Origin: Candidatus Multivorans sp.
GTDB lineage: Bacteria; Acidobacteriota; Thermoanaerobaculia; Multivoradales; Multivoraceae
NCBI GenBank assembly: GCA_965224025.1
Contig: OZ245033.1
Coordinates: 1,344,001-1,408,000, forward strand
DNA: 64,000 nucleotides
Reading direction: 5' to 3'
Made by a program: the position numbers and the translations under genes. Below are positions 1 to 8,101 of this stretch, in pieces. The notes under the pieces are model-generated. The model ran no database searches and was not told the DNA's origin. It saw only the letters and a list, made by a program, of their open reading frames with translations. The first letter of the stretch is position 1. Each line of letters begins with the position of its first letter.

Positions 1-1222
1 GCGCCAGATCCGTCTGGCCCTGCTCGAGGCCGATGTCCACGTTCGGGTCGTGCGCTCCTTCGTCGGGCGCGTGCAGAAGCAGTCGCTGGGCGATGAGGTG
101 CTGAGAAGTCTGACCCCCGATCAGCACCTGGTCCGTATCGTGCGCGACGAGCTGGTCGCCGTGCTCGGGGCGCCGGGGCGTGAACTCGAACTCGAGGGCC
201 GCCCGGCGGTGGTCGTGCTCTGCGGCCTTCAGGGCTCGGGCAAGACGACCACCGCGGGCAAGCTGGCGCTGCGGCTGCGCGGCCAGGGCCGCAGACCCGT
301 GCTGGCGGCCGGTGACCTCAGGCGGGCGGCGGCGGTGGAGCAGCTCAGGCAGGTCGGCGCCGCGGCGGACACGGCGGTGCTGGCGCCGCAGGCAGGCGAG
401 GCGTTGGATGCGTTCGCCAGCCGGGCGCTTGGCGCGGCACGGGAGGGAGGCTTCGACACGCTGATCTTCGACACGGCGGGCAGGCTCCACGTCGACGCCG
501 AGTCCATGGCGGAACTCCGGAAGCTGGTGGACCGGGTCGACCCGTGCGAGACGCTGTTCGTCTGCGACGCGATGACCGGCCAGGACGCGGTCAGGAGCGC
601 CTCCGCCTTCGCCGAAGGAGCGTCGCTCACCGGCGCGGCGATGACAAAACTCGACGGCGACGCTCGCGGCGGCGCCGCGCTGTCCCTGCGGGGAGTCACC
701 GAGGTCCCGCTTCGCTTCGTCGGCGTGGGCGAGAAGCTCGAGGACCTCGAGCTCTTCGCGCCGGATCGGATCGCGTCCCGCATCCTCGGCATGGGCGACG
801 TGCTGTCCCTGATCGAGAAGGCCGAGCGCGTTGTCGACCGCGAGGAGACCGAGCGCCTGGCGGAGCGCATCGCCCGCCAGGAGTTCACGCTCGAGGACCT
901 GCGCGACCAGTTGCGGCAGTTGCGCCGCATGGGACCACTGACTCAACTGCTCGAACTGCTTCCGGGGCAGTTCCGCGGCGCGAAAATGGCCGACGCCGCC
1001 TCTGAGAGCCGGCTGGTGGGGGTCGCCGCCCTGATCGACTCGATGACGCCGCGCGAACGGCGGAACCCGGCGATTCTCAACGCCAGCCGGCGCCGCCGCA
1101 TCGCCCGCGGCGCCGGCCGCACCGTCCAGGAGCTGAACCAGTTGATCAAGCAGTACCGCCAGATGCGCAAGCTGATGAAGCGCACCCGGGGCAAGTGGAT
1201 GAAGGGCATCCGGGGGGTGTGA
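1..1222 (+). CDS. ffh: Signal recognition particle protein Ffh (5' end outside window)
   Basis: GLQGSGKTT P-loop, DTAGR, TKLDGDARGG, M-domain (FTLEDL, SMTPRER, SRRRRIARG); frame open from window start. Confidence 0.97.
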   Translation, partial: RQIRLALLEADVHVRVVRSFVGRVQKQSLGDEVLRSLTPDQHLVRIVRDELVAVLGAPGRELELEGRPAVVVLCGLQGSGKTTTAGKLALRLRGQGRRPVLAAGDLRRAAAVEQLRQVGAAADTAVLAPQAGEALDAFASRALGAAREGGFDTLIFDTAGRLHVDAESMAELRKLVDRVDPCETLFVCDAMTGQDAVRSASAFAEGASLTGAAMTKLDGDARGGAALSLRGVTEVPLRFVGVGEKLEDLELFAPDRIASRILGMGDVLSLIEKAERVVDREETERLAERIARQEFTLEDLRDQLRQLRRMGPLTQLLELLPGQFRGAKMADAASESRLVGVAALIDSMTPRERRNPAILNASRRRRIARGAGRTVQELNQLIKQYRQMRKLMKRTRGKWMKGIRGV

Positions 1223-1270
1223 GCAGTGTCGACCGGCTCGCGAGGTTCCCTTGGCGGCGAGGCACCGCAG

Positions 1271-1290
1271 TGCTATTCTGCACCAATAGT
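1271..1290 (+). promoter_or_regulatory. Putative extended -10 promoter (TG-C-TATTCT) overlapping a CTATT-N7-AATAG inverted repeat, possible parDE operator
   Basis: Sequence tgctattctgcaccaatagt about 30-45 nt upstream of the parD ATG. Confidence 0.45.
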
Positions 1291-1317
1291 GTGACCGAGG
1301 GCGTTTCTGGAGACAGC

Positions 1318-1575
1318 ATGGCCACTATCCGAAAGACGATCACCCTGACGGACCTGCAGGATCGATGGATCAAGGCGCGAATCGCCGCGGGCCACTTCAC
1401 CAATGACAGCGAGTACATCCGCGATCTGATTCGACGCGACCGGGAACGGCGGGTCGACTTCGAGTCGCTTCAGGCAGCCGTGCAGGAAGGCATCGACAGC
1501 GGTCCAAGCGAGAAGACGGTGCCTTCCATCATGGAAGAAGTCGAAGCGCGGCTTCGAAGCGATGGGCGTCTATAG
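1318..1575 (+). CDS. parD: Type II antitoxin, ParD/CC2985 family (ribbon-helix-helix)
   Basis: MATIRKTITLT..WIKARIAAGHFTNDSEYIRDLIR..LQAAVQEGIDSG; overlaps downstream toxin start. Confidence 0.88.
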   Translation: MATIRKTITLTDLQDRWIKARIAAGHFTNDSEYIRDLIRRDRERRVDFESLQAAVQEGIDSGPSEKTVPSIMEEVEARLRSDGRL

Positions 1576-2164
1576 GCTCTCGCGAAAGGCAGCCTCCGAC
1601 ATCGAGGACATATACACCTACACGATCGAGCAGCACGGGCTTGTCTCAGCGAGGAAGTATTTCAACGGCCTGCATTCCTGCTTCGAGCTTCTCGCGGAGT
1701 ACCCGATGCTCGGCCGTCGTGCCGACCGGATCGCGCCGGGGGTGAGACGTCATGAGTTCCGGGCTCACGTCGTCTTCTACGTACCCCACGAAGCGAGCAT
1801 CCGCATCGCTCGCGTTCTGCACGCTCGAATGGACGTGCCTCGCCGCTACCGCGGGCTCACGTACCGTAAGACCGCTCTCAATCGGGGCGGCCTGAGCTTT
1901 CCGGTGTCGTGGGCCCGATTTAGCCCTGAGGACATATTGGCGCACCGCTTGAGGTTTCCGAGACAGCTCCTCGAAGTAGTGCGCGTAGCGCACCAGGCGC
2001 TGTCCCGGCCGCACAAGGTCGCAGCGGTACCCCTCTCTGCCAACGTACGTGACACAGCGGGCATCCCGTTGAATAGTGGAGGGCACGCGTTGGCAAGGAG
2101 GATCAATGTCAAGACGAAAGCAGAGGTTTGGCGGCGGCTCGGAGCTCCCGGCCGCGGGGGTTGA
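1562..2164 (+). CDS. parE: Type II toxin, ParE/RelE family; native end near 1850, stop lost so the frame reads into IS DNA
   Basis: YRLSRKAASDIEDIY..P.LGR..RR...HVVFY..IARVLHARMD in the first ~95 aa; remainder translates IS sequence. Confidence 0.85.
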   Translation: MGVYRLSRKAASDIEDIYTYTIEQHGLVSARKYFNGLHSCFELLAEYPMLGRRADRIAPGVRRHEFRAHVVFYVPHEASIRIARVLHARMDVPRRYRGLTYRKTALNRGGLSFPVSWARFSPEDILAHRLRFPRQLLEVVRVAHQALSRPHKVAAVPLSANVRDTAGIPLNSGGHALARRINVKTKAEVWRRLGAPGRGG

Positions 2165-2591
2165 GGAGCGTAGCGACGAGGCCCCCGCGGCCGGCGCGGC
2201 GCCCGCCGGGGCGGTTCCCGACCCGGAAGTGCTGGCGAGACCGACCAGGCGGCAGTTCACGGCGGAGTACCGGCTGCGGATTCTGGAGGAAGCGGACCGA
2301 TGCACCCACCGCGGCGAGGTGGGTCGGCTGCTGCGGCGAGAGGGTCTGTACAGCTCCCATCTGGCCAACTGGCGCAAGGCGCGGCGAGAGGGCGCGCTTT
2401 CCGGTCTGAGGCCGACGAAGCGGGGCCGCAAGCCTGTCGAGGCCAACCCTCTGACGCCGAAGGTGAAGCGGCTGGAAGCGAAGGTCAAGCGGCTCGAGAG
2501 GGAAGTCGCCGCCGCGCACACGATCCTGGACGTCCAGGGAAAAGTTGCAGGGCTGCTGGGATTCAGCCTCGAAGACGGGAAGGACTGCTGA
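2106..2591 (+). CDS. IS3-family transposase OrfA (HTH)
   Basis: RRQFTAEYRLRILEEADRC..GRLLRREGLYSSHLANWR; slippery G GGA AAA at 2537-2543. Confidence 0.88.
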   Translation: MSRRKQRFGGGSELPAAGVEERSDEAPAAGAAPAGAVPDPEVLARPTRRQFTAEYRLRILEEADRCTHRGEVGRLLRREGLYSSHLANWRKARREGALSGLRPTKRGRKPVEANPLTPKVKRLEAKVKRLEREVAAAHTILDVQGKVAGLLGFSLEDGKDC

Positions 2592-3589
2592 TGGCGGCAA
2601 GGTCCCTGGCCCGGCAGGTCGGCATCGCGCCGGCGTGCCGGGCGCTGGGCGTGTCGCGATCGACCTTCTATCGTCGTGCGAGGCCCGCTCCCGGGCGACG
2701 GCAGCCCCGCCCCACGCCTGCCCGGGCACTGAGCCAGATCGAGCGGAAACGGGTCGAGGCCACGCTTGCGTCGCCGCGTTTCGTCGATCGTTCGCCGGGA
2801 GAAGTGGTGGCCACCCTGCTCGACGAGGGCCGCTACCTGTGCTCGGAGCGCACGATGTACCGCATCCTCGAAGCGAACCACCCCGTGAGGGACCGCCGCA
2901 ATCAGCGCGTCCATCCGTCGTACGCCAAGCCGGAGTTGGTCGCTGTCGCGCCCAACCAGGTCTGGTCGTGGGACATCACCAGGCTGCTCGGACCGCAGAC
3001 CTGGACCTACTACTACCTCTACGTCCTGCTTGACCTCTTCAGCCGCTACGCGGTCGGCTGGATGGTCGCCGACCGCGAGAACTCCGCGCTCGCCCAGAGA
3101 CTCATCGAGGAAACCCGCCTCAAGCACGGCGTCAAGCCAGACATCCTCACACTGCACTCCGATCGAGGATCGCCCATGACCAGTCAGGGCACCGCCCAAC
3201 TGCTCGCCCGCCTCGGCGTGAACCGCTCCCTGGGCCGACCGCGGGTCAGCGACGACAACCCCTACTCCGAAGCACAGTTCAAGACCCTCAAGTACCACCC
3301 CGACTTCCCCAGCCGCTTCAACTGCCAGGACGCCGCGACCGACTACTGCAGGTCCTTCTTCCCCTGGTACAACACCGAACACCGCCATGCCGGCATCGCC
3401 ATGCTGACTCCCCAGACCGTCCACTACGGCCGGGCGCAAGCCGTCATCGAGCAGCGCCAACGCACGCTGAGCGCCGCCTGGGAGAGCTCACCCGAACGAT
3501 TCGTCGGCGGCCAACCGATGCACACGCCACTGCCCCGGGCCGTCTGGATCAACAAGCCCGACAACGAGACTGCAGAGACCACTCAGTAA
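2591..3589 (+). CDS. IS3-family transposase OrfB (DDE/rve)
   Basis: PNQVWSWDIT, LDLFSRY, HSDRGS, DDNPYSEAQFKTLK, WYNTEHRH; TGATG overlap with orfA, in the -1 frame. Confidence 0.92.
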   Translation: MAARSLARQVGIAPACRALGVSRSTFYRRARPAPGRRQPRPTPARALSQIERKRVEATLASPRFVDRSPGEVVATLLDEGRYLCSERTMYRILEANHPVRDRRNQRVHPSYAKPELVAVAPNQVWSWDITRLLGPQTWTYYYLYVLLDLFSRYAVGWMVADRENSALAQRLIEETRLKHGVKPDILTLHSDRGSPMTSQGTAQLLARLGVNRSLGRPRVSDDNPYSEAQFKTLKYHPDFPSRFNCQDAATDYCRSFFPWYNTEHRHAGIAMLTPQTVHYGRAQAVIEQRQRTLSAAWESSPERFVGGQPMHTPLPRAVWINKPDNETAETTQ

Positions 3590-3906
3590 ATCCTGAACCC
3601 CGCTGTGTCAATGTCGTTGACAGGTTCCGTACTCCTCACTGCGGCAGGTGAAGGTGATCTCCTTGGCGCCGACGATCCATCCTCAGTAAATCCTTCCTCC
3701 GATCGCGTTGGTCTCATGTACAAGACCAAGCTACCGGCAAAGGGCCGAGTGTGGATCACTTTCGGAGCGATGAATGGCTCAGTTTCCGAGCGATGCCTCC
3801 AAATGGCAGGCAAACCGCCTTGCGATCCCGGCCCGACTTCGGATTTCGCGCTTCGCAGCCCGCTCGAGCCTCAACTTGATTCAACCGCATCGTCCGAGCT
3901 GCACAA

Positions 3907-3929
3907 CCACTTCCGCCACGGGCTGCTAA
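3907..3929 (+). repeat. Orphan IS terminal inverted repeat matching the MITE ends at 7330-7495
   Basis: cacttccgccacgggctgcta nearly identical to gactttcgccacgggctgcta at 7474-7494. Confidence 0.65.
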
Positions 3930-4046
3930 CGGACTATCGCACCCTTCTTGCGCCTCGGCAGCAGGTACAGCAAAGCTCAAGGTAACGATAGCCGAGACGA
4001 TCACGCCTGCAAGGCTACCCTCATGTCTCATCAAGAGTCCCCCTGG

Positions 4047-5003
4047 TCCAAGTGGCCGGACCATCTCGTCGAAGGACTCAGAACACTGCTCAAGGGAGGC
4101 GTCGCGCTGCCCTCGCTCGAAGCCGCCTTCGAAATCGTCCGAGCCAAACCGCATGGACACGTCGCCGCCGTGCTCGGAACCCTGAAACGACTCGGCCTTG
4201 AAAGGCTGTTCGACCGCACCCCCTCGCCACAACGAGCCCTCGCCGTCGCCATGATCGCGGCGCGCATCCTCCAACCGCGGTCCAAACTCGCCACCGCCCG
4301 AGGACTCACCACCGAGACCGCCAACCACACCTTCGCCGAGGAACTCGGCGCCGAAGACGCCTCGGCCGACAATCTCCACGACGCCATGGACTGGCTGCTC
4401 CAACGCCAGCGGAAGATCGAGCGCGGACTCGCCAAACGGCATCTCGAAGAAGGCTCGCTCGTCCTCTGCGACCTGACCTCGGTCTACCTCGAAGGCGGCA
4501 AGTGCACGCTGGCCAGACACGGCTACTCCAGGGACAAGAAGAGGGGAAAGCTACAGATCGTCTTCGCCTTGTTCTGCAACCGGGACGGATGTCCGGTGGC
4601 CGTCGAGGTCTTTGAGGGCAACACAGGCGCCTCGCTCCCATCCTCTTCGACGACCAACGCAAGACCGACGACGGCGCGTCCCCCGTCCTACCCGCACGGA
4701 AATCGAACGCCGCGAAGCTCAAGGCCAACTCCGGCCGCACCGACGACGGACTCCCCGTGCACAGCTTCCAGACACTCCTCGAAGACCTCGCCACGCTGAC
4801 CAGAAACCGCGTCAGAATGCCCGGCAGCAACGCTGCGACCGCCAACGTCCTCCCACGACCCACGCCGCCACAGGAAAGGGCTTTCAGCCTCCTCGACGTA
4901 CGGCCCTGAAAGGCCGGTACCCAGTACCGTACACACCGAATCCACGCCAAGCTCCCTATCTGTAAAGGGGTTTACCGACTAGGCGCTCAGAACTTCGGGC
5001 TAG
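4047..5003 (+). pseudogene. IS1634-family transposase remnant (N-terminus missing, large internal deletion near 4627) with right end
   Basis: PHGHVAAV, RSKLATAR, CDLTSVYLEG, GYSRDKKRGKLQIV, AVEVFEGNT, then C-terminal LAPILFDD..GLPVHSFQTLLEDLATLTRN in another frame; ends gaacttcgggctag. Confidence 0.85.
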
Positions 5004-5039
5004 GGCGTGGTTGCAGGATTGTCAACCCGTAGCGCTGTC

Positions 5040-5820
5040 CAATGCCGGCACCACTATCTGGGGTTCCGCGGCTTGGTCGGAGGCGGCGTGCGTCAGGTGG
5101 CGGAGTTGCCGGACGGGACGTGGGTGGCTCTTCTCGGTTGGCACGCGGATTCGTTCAAGGTCCAGGCGAGGGACCGTTGGATCGGCTGGACGCGGGAACA
5201 GCAGTTCCGTCGTCTTCGGTTGGTGGCCAACAACACGCGTTTTCTGGTGTTGCCGGGCTGCCGGACGCCGAATCTCGCTTCGCGGGTTCTGCGCTTGTCG
5301 CTGCGGCGGCTGTCGCGCGACATGCAGGATCAGACCGGCCACCCGGTGCTGCTGGCGGAGACGTTCGTCGATCCGAGCCGTTTCGCGGGGACGGGCTACC
5401 GGGCCGCCAACTGGCGGGAGATCGGCAAGACGCGGGGCTACGCGCGGGTTCCGGGGGGCGGTTGGCGGAAGCACTGCGAGCCGAAGACGGTGCTGGTGCG
5501 CGAGTTGTGCTCCTCGGCGCGGGAGGCGCTGCGTCAGCCGGAGGACCGGGGGAGTGGGGTCTGGTGGTCAAGCGGCCCGAGCCGCCGAAGGCGGAGCGTC
5601 TCTCGAGCCTGTACGAGTTTCTGCGCAGGGTGCCGGAGTACCGGAAGGCGCGGGGCATCCGTCACCAGTTGGCGACGATCTTCGCGATCGCCTTGGCGGC
5701 GAAGCTGGCGGGAGTGCGCGGCGTGGTGGCGATCGGGGAGTTCGCTTCTCGTCTGACCCTGAGCCCAGTTGGCGGCGGTGCGGGCGTTCTGGAGCCCGAG
5801 CAGGGAGCGCTACGTCGCGG
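5040..5820 (+). pseudogene. DUF4338 (DruA-like) domain joined to ISAs1-family transposase N-terminus; frameshifted and truncated
   Basis: HHYLG..RDRWIGW..VANNTRFLVLP..NLASRVL..LLAETFVDP.RF.GT.YRAANW, then VPEYRKARGIRHQLATIFAIALAAKLAG in another frame. Confidence 0.8.
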
Positions 5821-6541
5821 GGAGCGTCGCAAGCCTCATCCCGCCGGTCGGCCGGGCTTTCTGCGGGTGGATTCGGTCCATCAGGGCGACCTGGACGGGG
5901 AGAAGGGTCTGTACGAGATCAATCTTGTGGACGAGGTCACGCCGTACGAGTTCGTGGCCGCTGTGGAGGGCATTTCGGAGCGTTTCCCGGTTCCGGCCCT
6001 GGAAGGGTCGATCGAGGCTTTCCCCTTCATCATCCGCGGCTTCCACGCCGACAACGGCTCCGAGTACATCAACCACCGGGTCGCCGCGCTGCTGCGCAAG
6101 CTGCACGTTGAGGAGTTCACGAAGTCCCGCCCGAGGCGCAGCAGCGACAACGCCCTCGTCGAGAGCAAGAATGCCTCGGTGGCGCGGCGCTACCTCGGCC
6201 ACGACCACATTCCCCGGCATCACGCCGCCCTCGTCAACGACTTCCTGCGCGACGTGCTCGCTCTATTCCTCAACTACCACCGGCCCTGCCACTTCCCCGT
6301 CGAGACCACAGACGCGAAGGGACGCATCCGAAAGACCTACCCCTTCGACAAGGTCACCACGCCCTACCTCAAGCTCAAGTCGCTCGACGGCGCAGCCCTC
6401 AGCCTGCGGACCGGCGTCACCTTCGAGCAGCTCGACCAGCAGGCCCTGGCGCTCCACGATCTCGCCGCAGCGACCGCCGTCAATGAGGCCCTCGTCGCTC
6501 TGTTCGCCGAGATCCGACGACGCGATGCAAGCGTCGCATGA
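5820..6541 (+). pseudogene. C-terminal part of a DDE/rve integrase-type transposase (ISNCY-like)
   Basis: PGFLRVDSVHQGD, INLVDEVT, FHADNGSEYIN, FTKSRP..DNALVESKN; N-terminus absent; element end-like ttcaggctcatctctggatggg near 6755-6776. Confidence 0.8.
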
Positions 6542-6895
6542 TCGAACCGCCGCAGCTCTCCGCTTCTCGCTCTTCGCCTCTCCAAACTCCCGCTGTCCAT
6601 GGCTCACATGCCATTCTCTCGGTGCCTCTCGAACGTGACCTCGCGGTCCCCGCGCTACCGTTGGTCCCTGGTGCTGATCTCCGCTTTGCTTCGATCAGCA
6701 GTCCTGAACCCGAACACGCCGCACCTTCGCAGCACAACTCCCCAACAACCCCGGTTCAGGCTCATCTCTGGATGGGACTACGCTTCCGTAGCGCTGTCCA
6801 GCTTGGGAAGGAACGAGTAGAGTTGACGGTTGGCTCGCGGACGTGGTAGTCCCCCGCGTCCGATTGGTGCTCTCCTGGGAGCAAGGAACTGGCCT

Positions 6896-7333
6896 ATGGA
6901 CAAGATTGAACTCCTGATCAGCAAGTGGCGTGCCGAGGGGCTCGACATGGTGTACCCCCTCATCTTCAAGTTCCGCACCGCCGTTGTCGGCGAGGGGTGG
7001 CTTGCCGGCGTGGAGTTGTGCGGCGCGGCCGTCGTCACGAAGGAAGCGAGCGGCGAGTTCATCGCGCATGGCTTGAAGCCGGGCGGTGTAGCGGGCGTCG
7101 GCTCGACCCTGACCGAGGCGTACGTGGCGTACAAGGAGGACCTGCAGACCGTCCTCTACGACATGGCCGGGAATGCCCCGTTCGAGGCCTTCCGGGAGAG
7201 CGTGCTGGAGTTCTTCGACAGTGCTGATGCCTGGGGCGAGGCGAAGTTCGCCGAAGGCCGGTCGATGGTTGTGGCCGGAAAGGTCGATAGCGCGCTGCCG
7301 CTGGAGCCGAATCCCGACCCGTTCTGGTGCTAG
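6896..7333 (+). CDS. Hypothetical protein, possibly HicB-like fold
   Basis: 145-aa ORF with aagga RBS, GC-rich third positions; PGGVAGVGSTLTEAY resembles HicB PG....G.T..EA. Confidence 0.6.
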   Translation: MDKIELLISKWRAEGLDMVYPLIFKFRTAVVGEGWLAGVELCGAAVVTKEASGEFIAHGLKPGGVAGVGSTLTEAYVAYKEDLQTVLYDMAGNAPFEAFRESVLEFFDSADAWGEAKFAEGRSMVVAGKVDSALPLEPNPDPFWC

Positions 7334-7495
7334 CAGCCCGTGGTGGAAGTCCGTGTCGCACCGAGAGCGGTGAGGCGCCTGTCCGGCAAGGCGCGACGAG
7401 GGATCATATCGGGCCATATTCGACCGAGGAGCAACGATGGCGGACAGGATGCATCGCCGCTCGAATGCAACGCGACTTTCGCCACGGGCTGCTAG
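7330..7495. mobile_element. 166-bp MITE with CTAG at both ends
   Basis: Terminal IRs ctagcagcccgtggtggaagtc / gactttcgccacgggctgctag (20 of 22 match); no transposase inside. Confidence 0.8.
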
Positions 7496-7565
7496 ACTGC
7501 GCCGCTGCCTCGCCGCCAGCCCCGCCATGGAGCGGGCGGCCCGAACAACCTTGGAAGATCCTGAG

Positions 7566-7814
7566 ATGGTGAAGATAAGACTCCGGCGTATGGGTTCGCG
7601 CCACAGACCGTTCTACCGCGTCGTCGTGTCCGACAGCCGCAAGGTCCCCTCGTCGCGGGTGATCGAGGAACTCGGGCACTACGACCCGCGCAAGGACCCG
7701 GCGGTGATCCGCCTCAAGACGGACCGCATCGACCACTGGGTCTCGCGGGGAGCGCAGGTAACGGACACCGTTCGGGGCCTGGTGCGCCGGGCGGCCGCCG
7801 CGGCGGAATCCTAG
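7566..7814 (+). CDS. rpsP: 30S ribosomal protein S16
   Basis: MVKIRLRRMG..RPFYRVVVSDSR..IEELGHYDP..GAQVTDTV. Confidence 0.97.
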   Translation: MVKIRLRRMGSRHRPFYRVVVSDSRKVPSSRVIEELGHYDPRKDPAVIRLKTDRIDHWVSRGAQVTDTVRGLVRRAAAAAES

Positions 7815-7817
7815 GGC

Positions 7818-8063
7818 GTGTCGGAGGTCGCCGATCAGCTCGCCGGCGTCGTTCGGTCGATCGTGGATCAGCCCGAGGCGGTTCGCGTCGAGGAGATCGA
7901 GGAAGAGGACGCGATCGTGCTGCAGGTCGAGGTCGCGCCGGACGAACTCGGGCGCGTGATCGGCCGCCAGGGACGCAGCGTGCGGTCGCTGCGCGCGCTG
8001 CTCGAGGTGCGCGGGGCCGAGATCGGCGAGTACTACGAGGTCGAGATCGTCGAACCGGCCTGA
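7818..8063 (+). CDS. khpA: KH-domain RNA-binding protein KhpA
   Basis: IVDQPEAV, ELGRVIGRQGR (GxxG); position between rpsP and rimM. Confidence 0.9.
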   Translation: MSEVADQLAGVVRSIVDQPEAVRVEEIEEEDAIVLQVEVAPDELGRVIGRQGRSVRSLRALLEVRGAEIGEYYEVEIVEPA

Positions 8064-8101
8064 GCAGTCGCGCCGATCCCTGGTGCAGGTCGGAGGTGAG
8101 G

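Larger units (their letters stand above)
2031..3628 (+). mobile_element. Apparently intact IS3-family insertion sequence
   Basis: Imperfect IRs tgccaacgtacgtgacacagcggg (2038-2061) and cccgctgtgtcaatgtcgttgaca (ending 3622); GTAC direct repeat at 2027-2030 and 3629-3632; orfA/orfB layout. Confidence 0.88.
1935..3801 (-). mobile_element. Internally deleted IS21-family remnant, interrupted by the IS3-like element
   Basis: Terminus at 3801 with two 23-nt-spaced subterminal repeats (tggatcactttcggagcgatg 3752-3772; tggctcagtttccgagcgatg 3775-3795); istA-like start (LRMD) at 3680; removing the insert rebuilds VGAKEITFTCRSEEYRCDLVRPGQRLVRYAHYFEELSRKPQAVRQ, IstA C-terminal-like. Confidence 0.75.

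Noticed and set aside
1646-3460. 604-aa minus-strand ORF
   Set aside because: Antisense shadow of the IS3 transposase; only its segment at about 1935-2030 is a real IstA-like remnant.
3582-3694. 13-bp direct repeat ctcagtaaatcct at 3582 and 3682
   Set aside because: One copy spans the orfB stop and the other the istA start region; only two copies and no boundary role, so treated as chance.
5007-5756. Druantia anti-phage system
   Set aside because: Only a broken DUF4338-like domain in IS context; no DruE helicase or other dru genes.
5042-6541. Single 499-aa transposase
   Set aside because: A chimeric frame joining off-frame DUF4338 DNA, an ISAs1 fragment and an ISNCY-like fragment.
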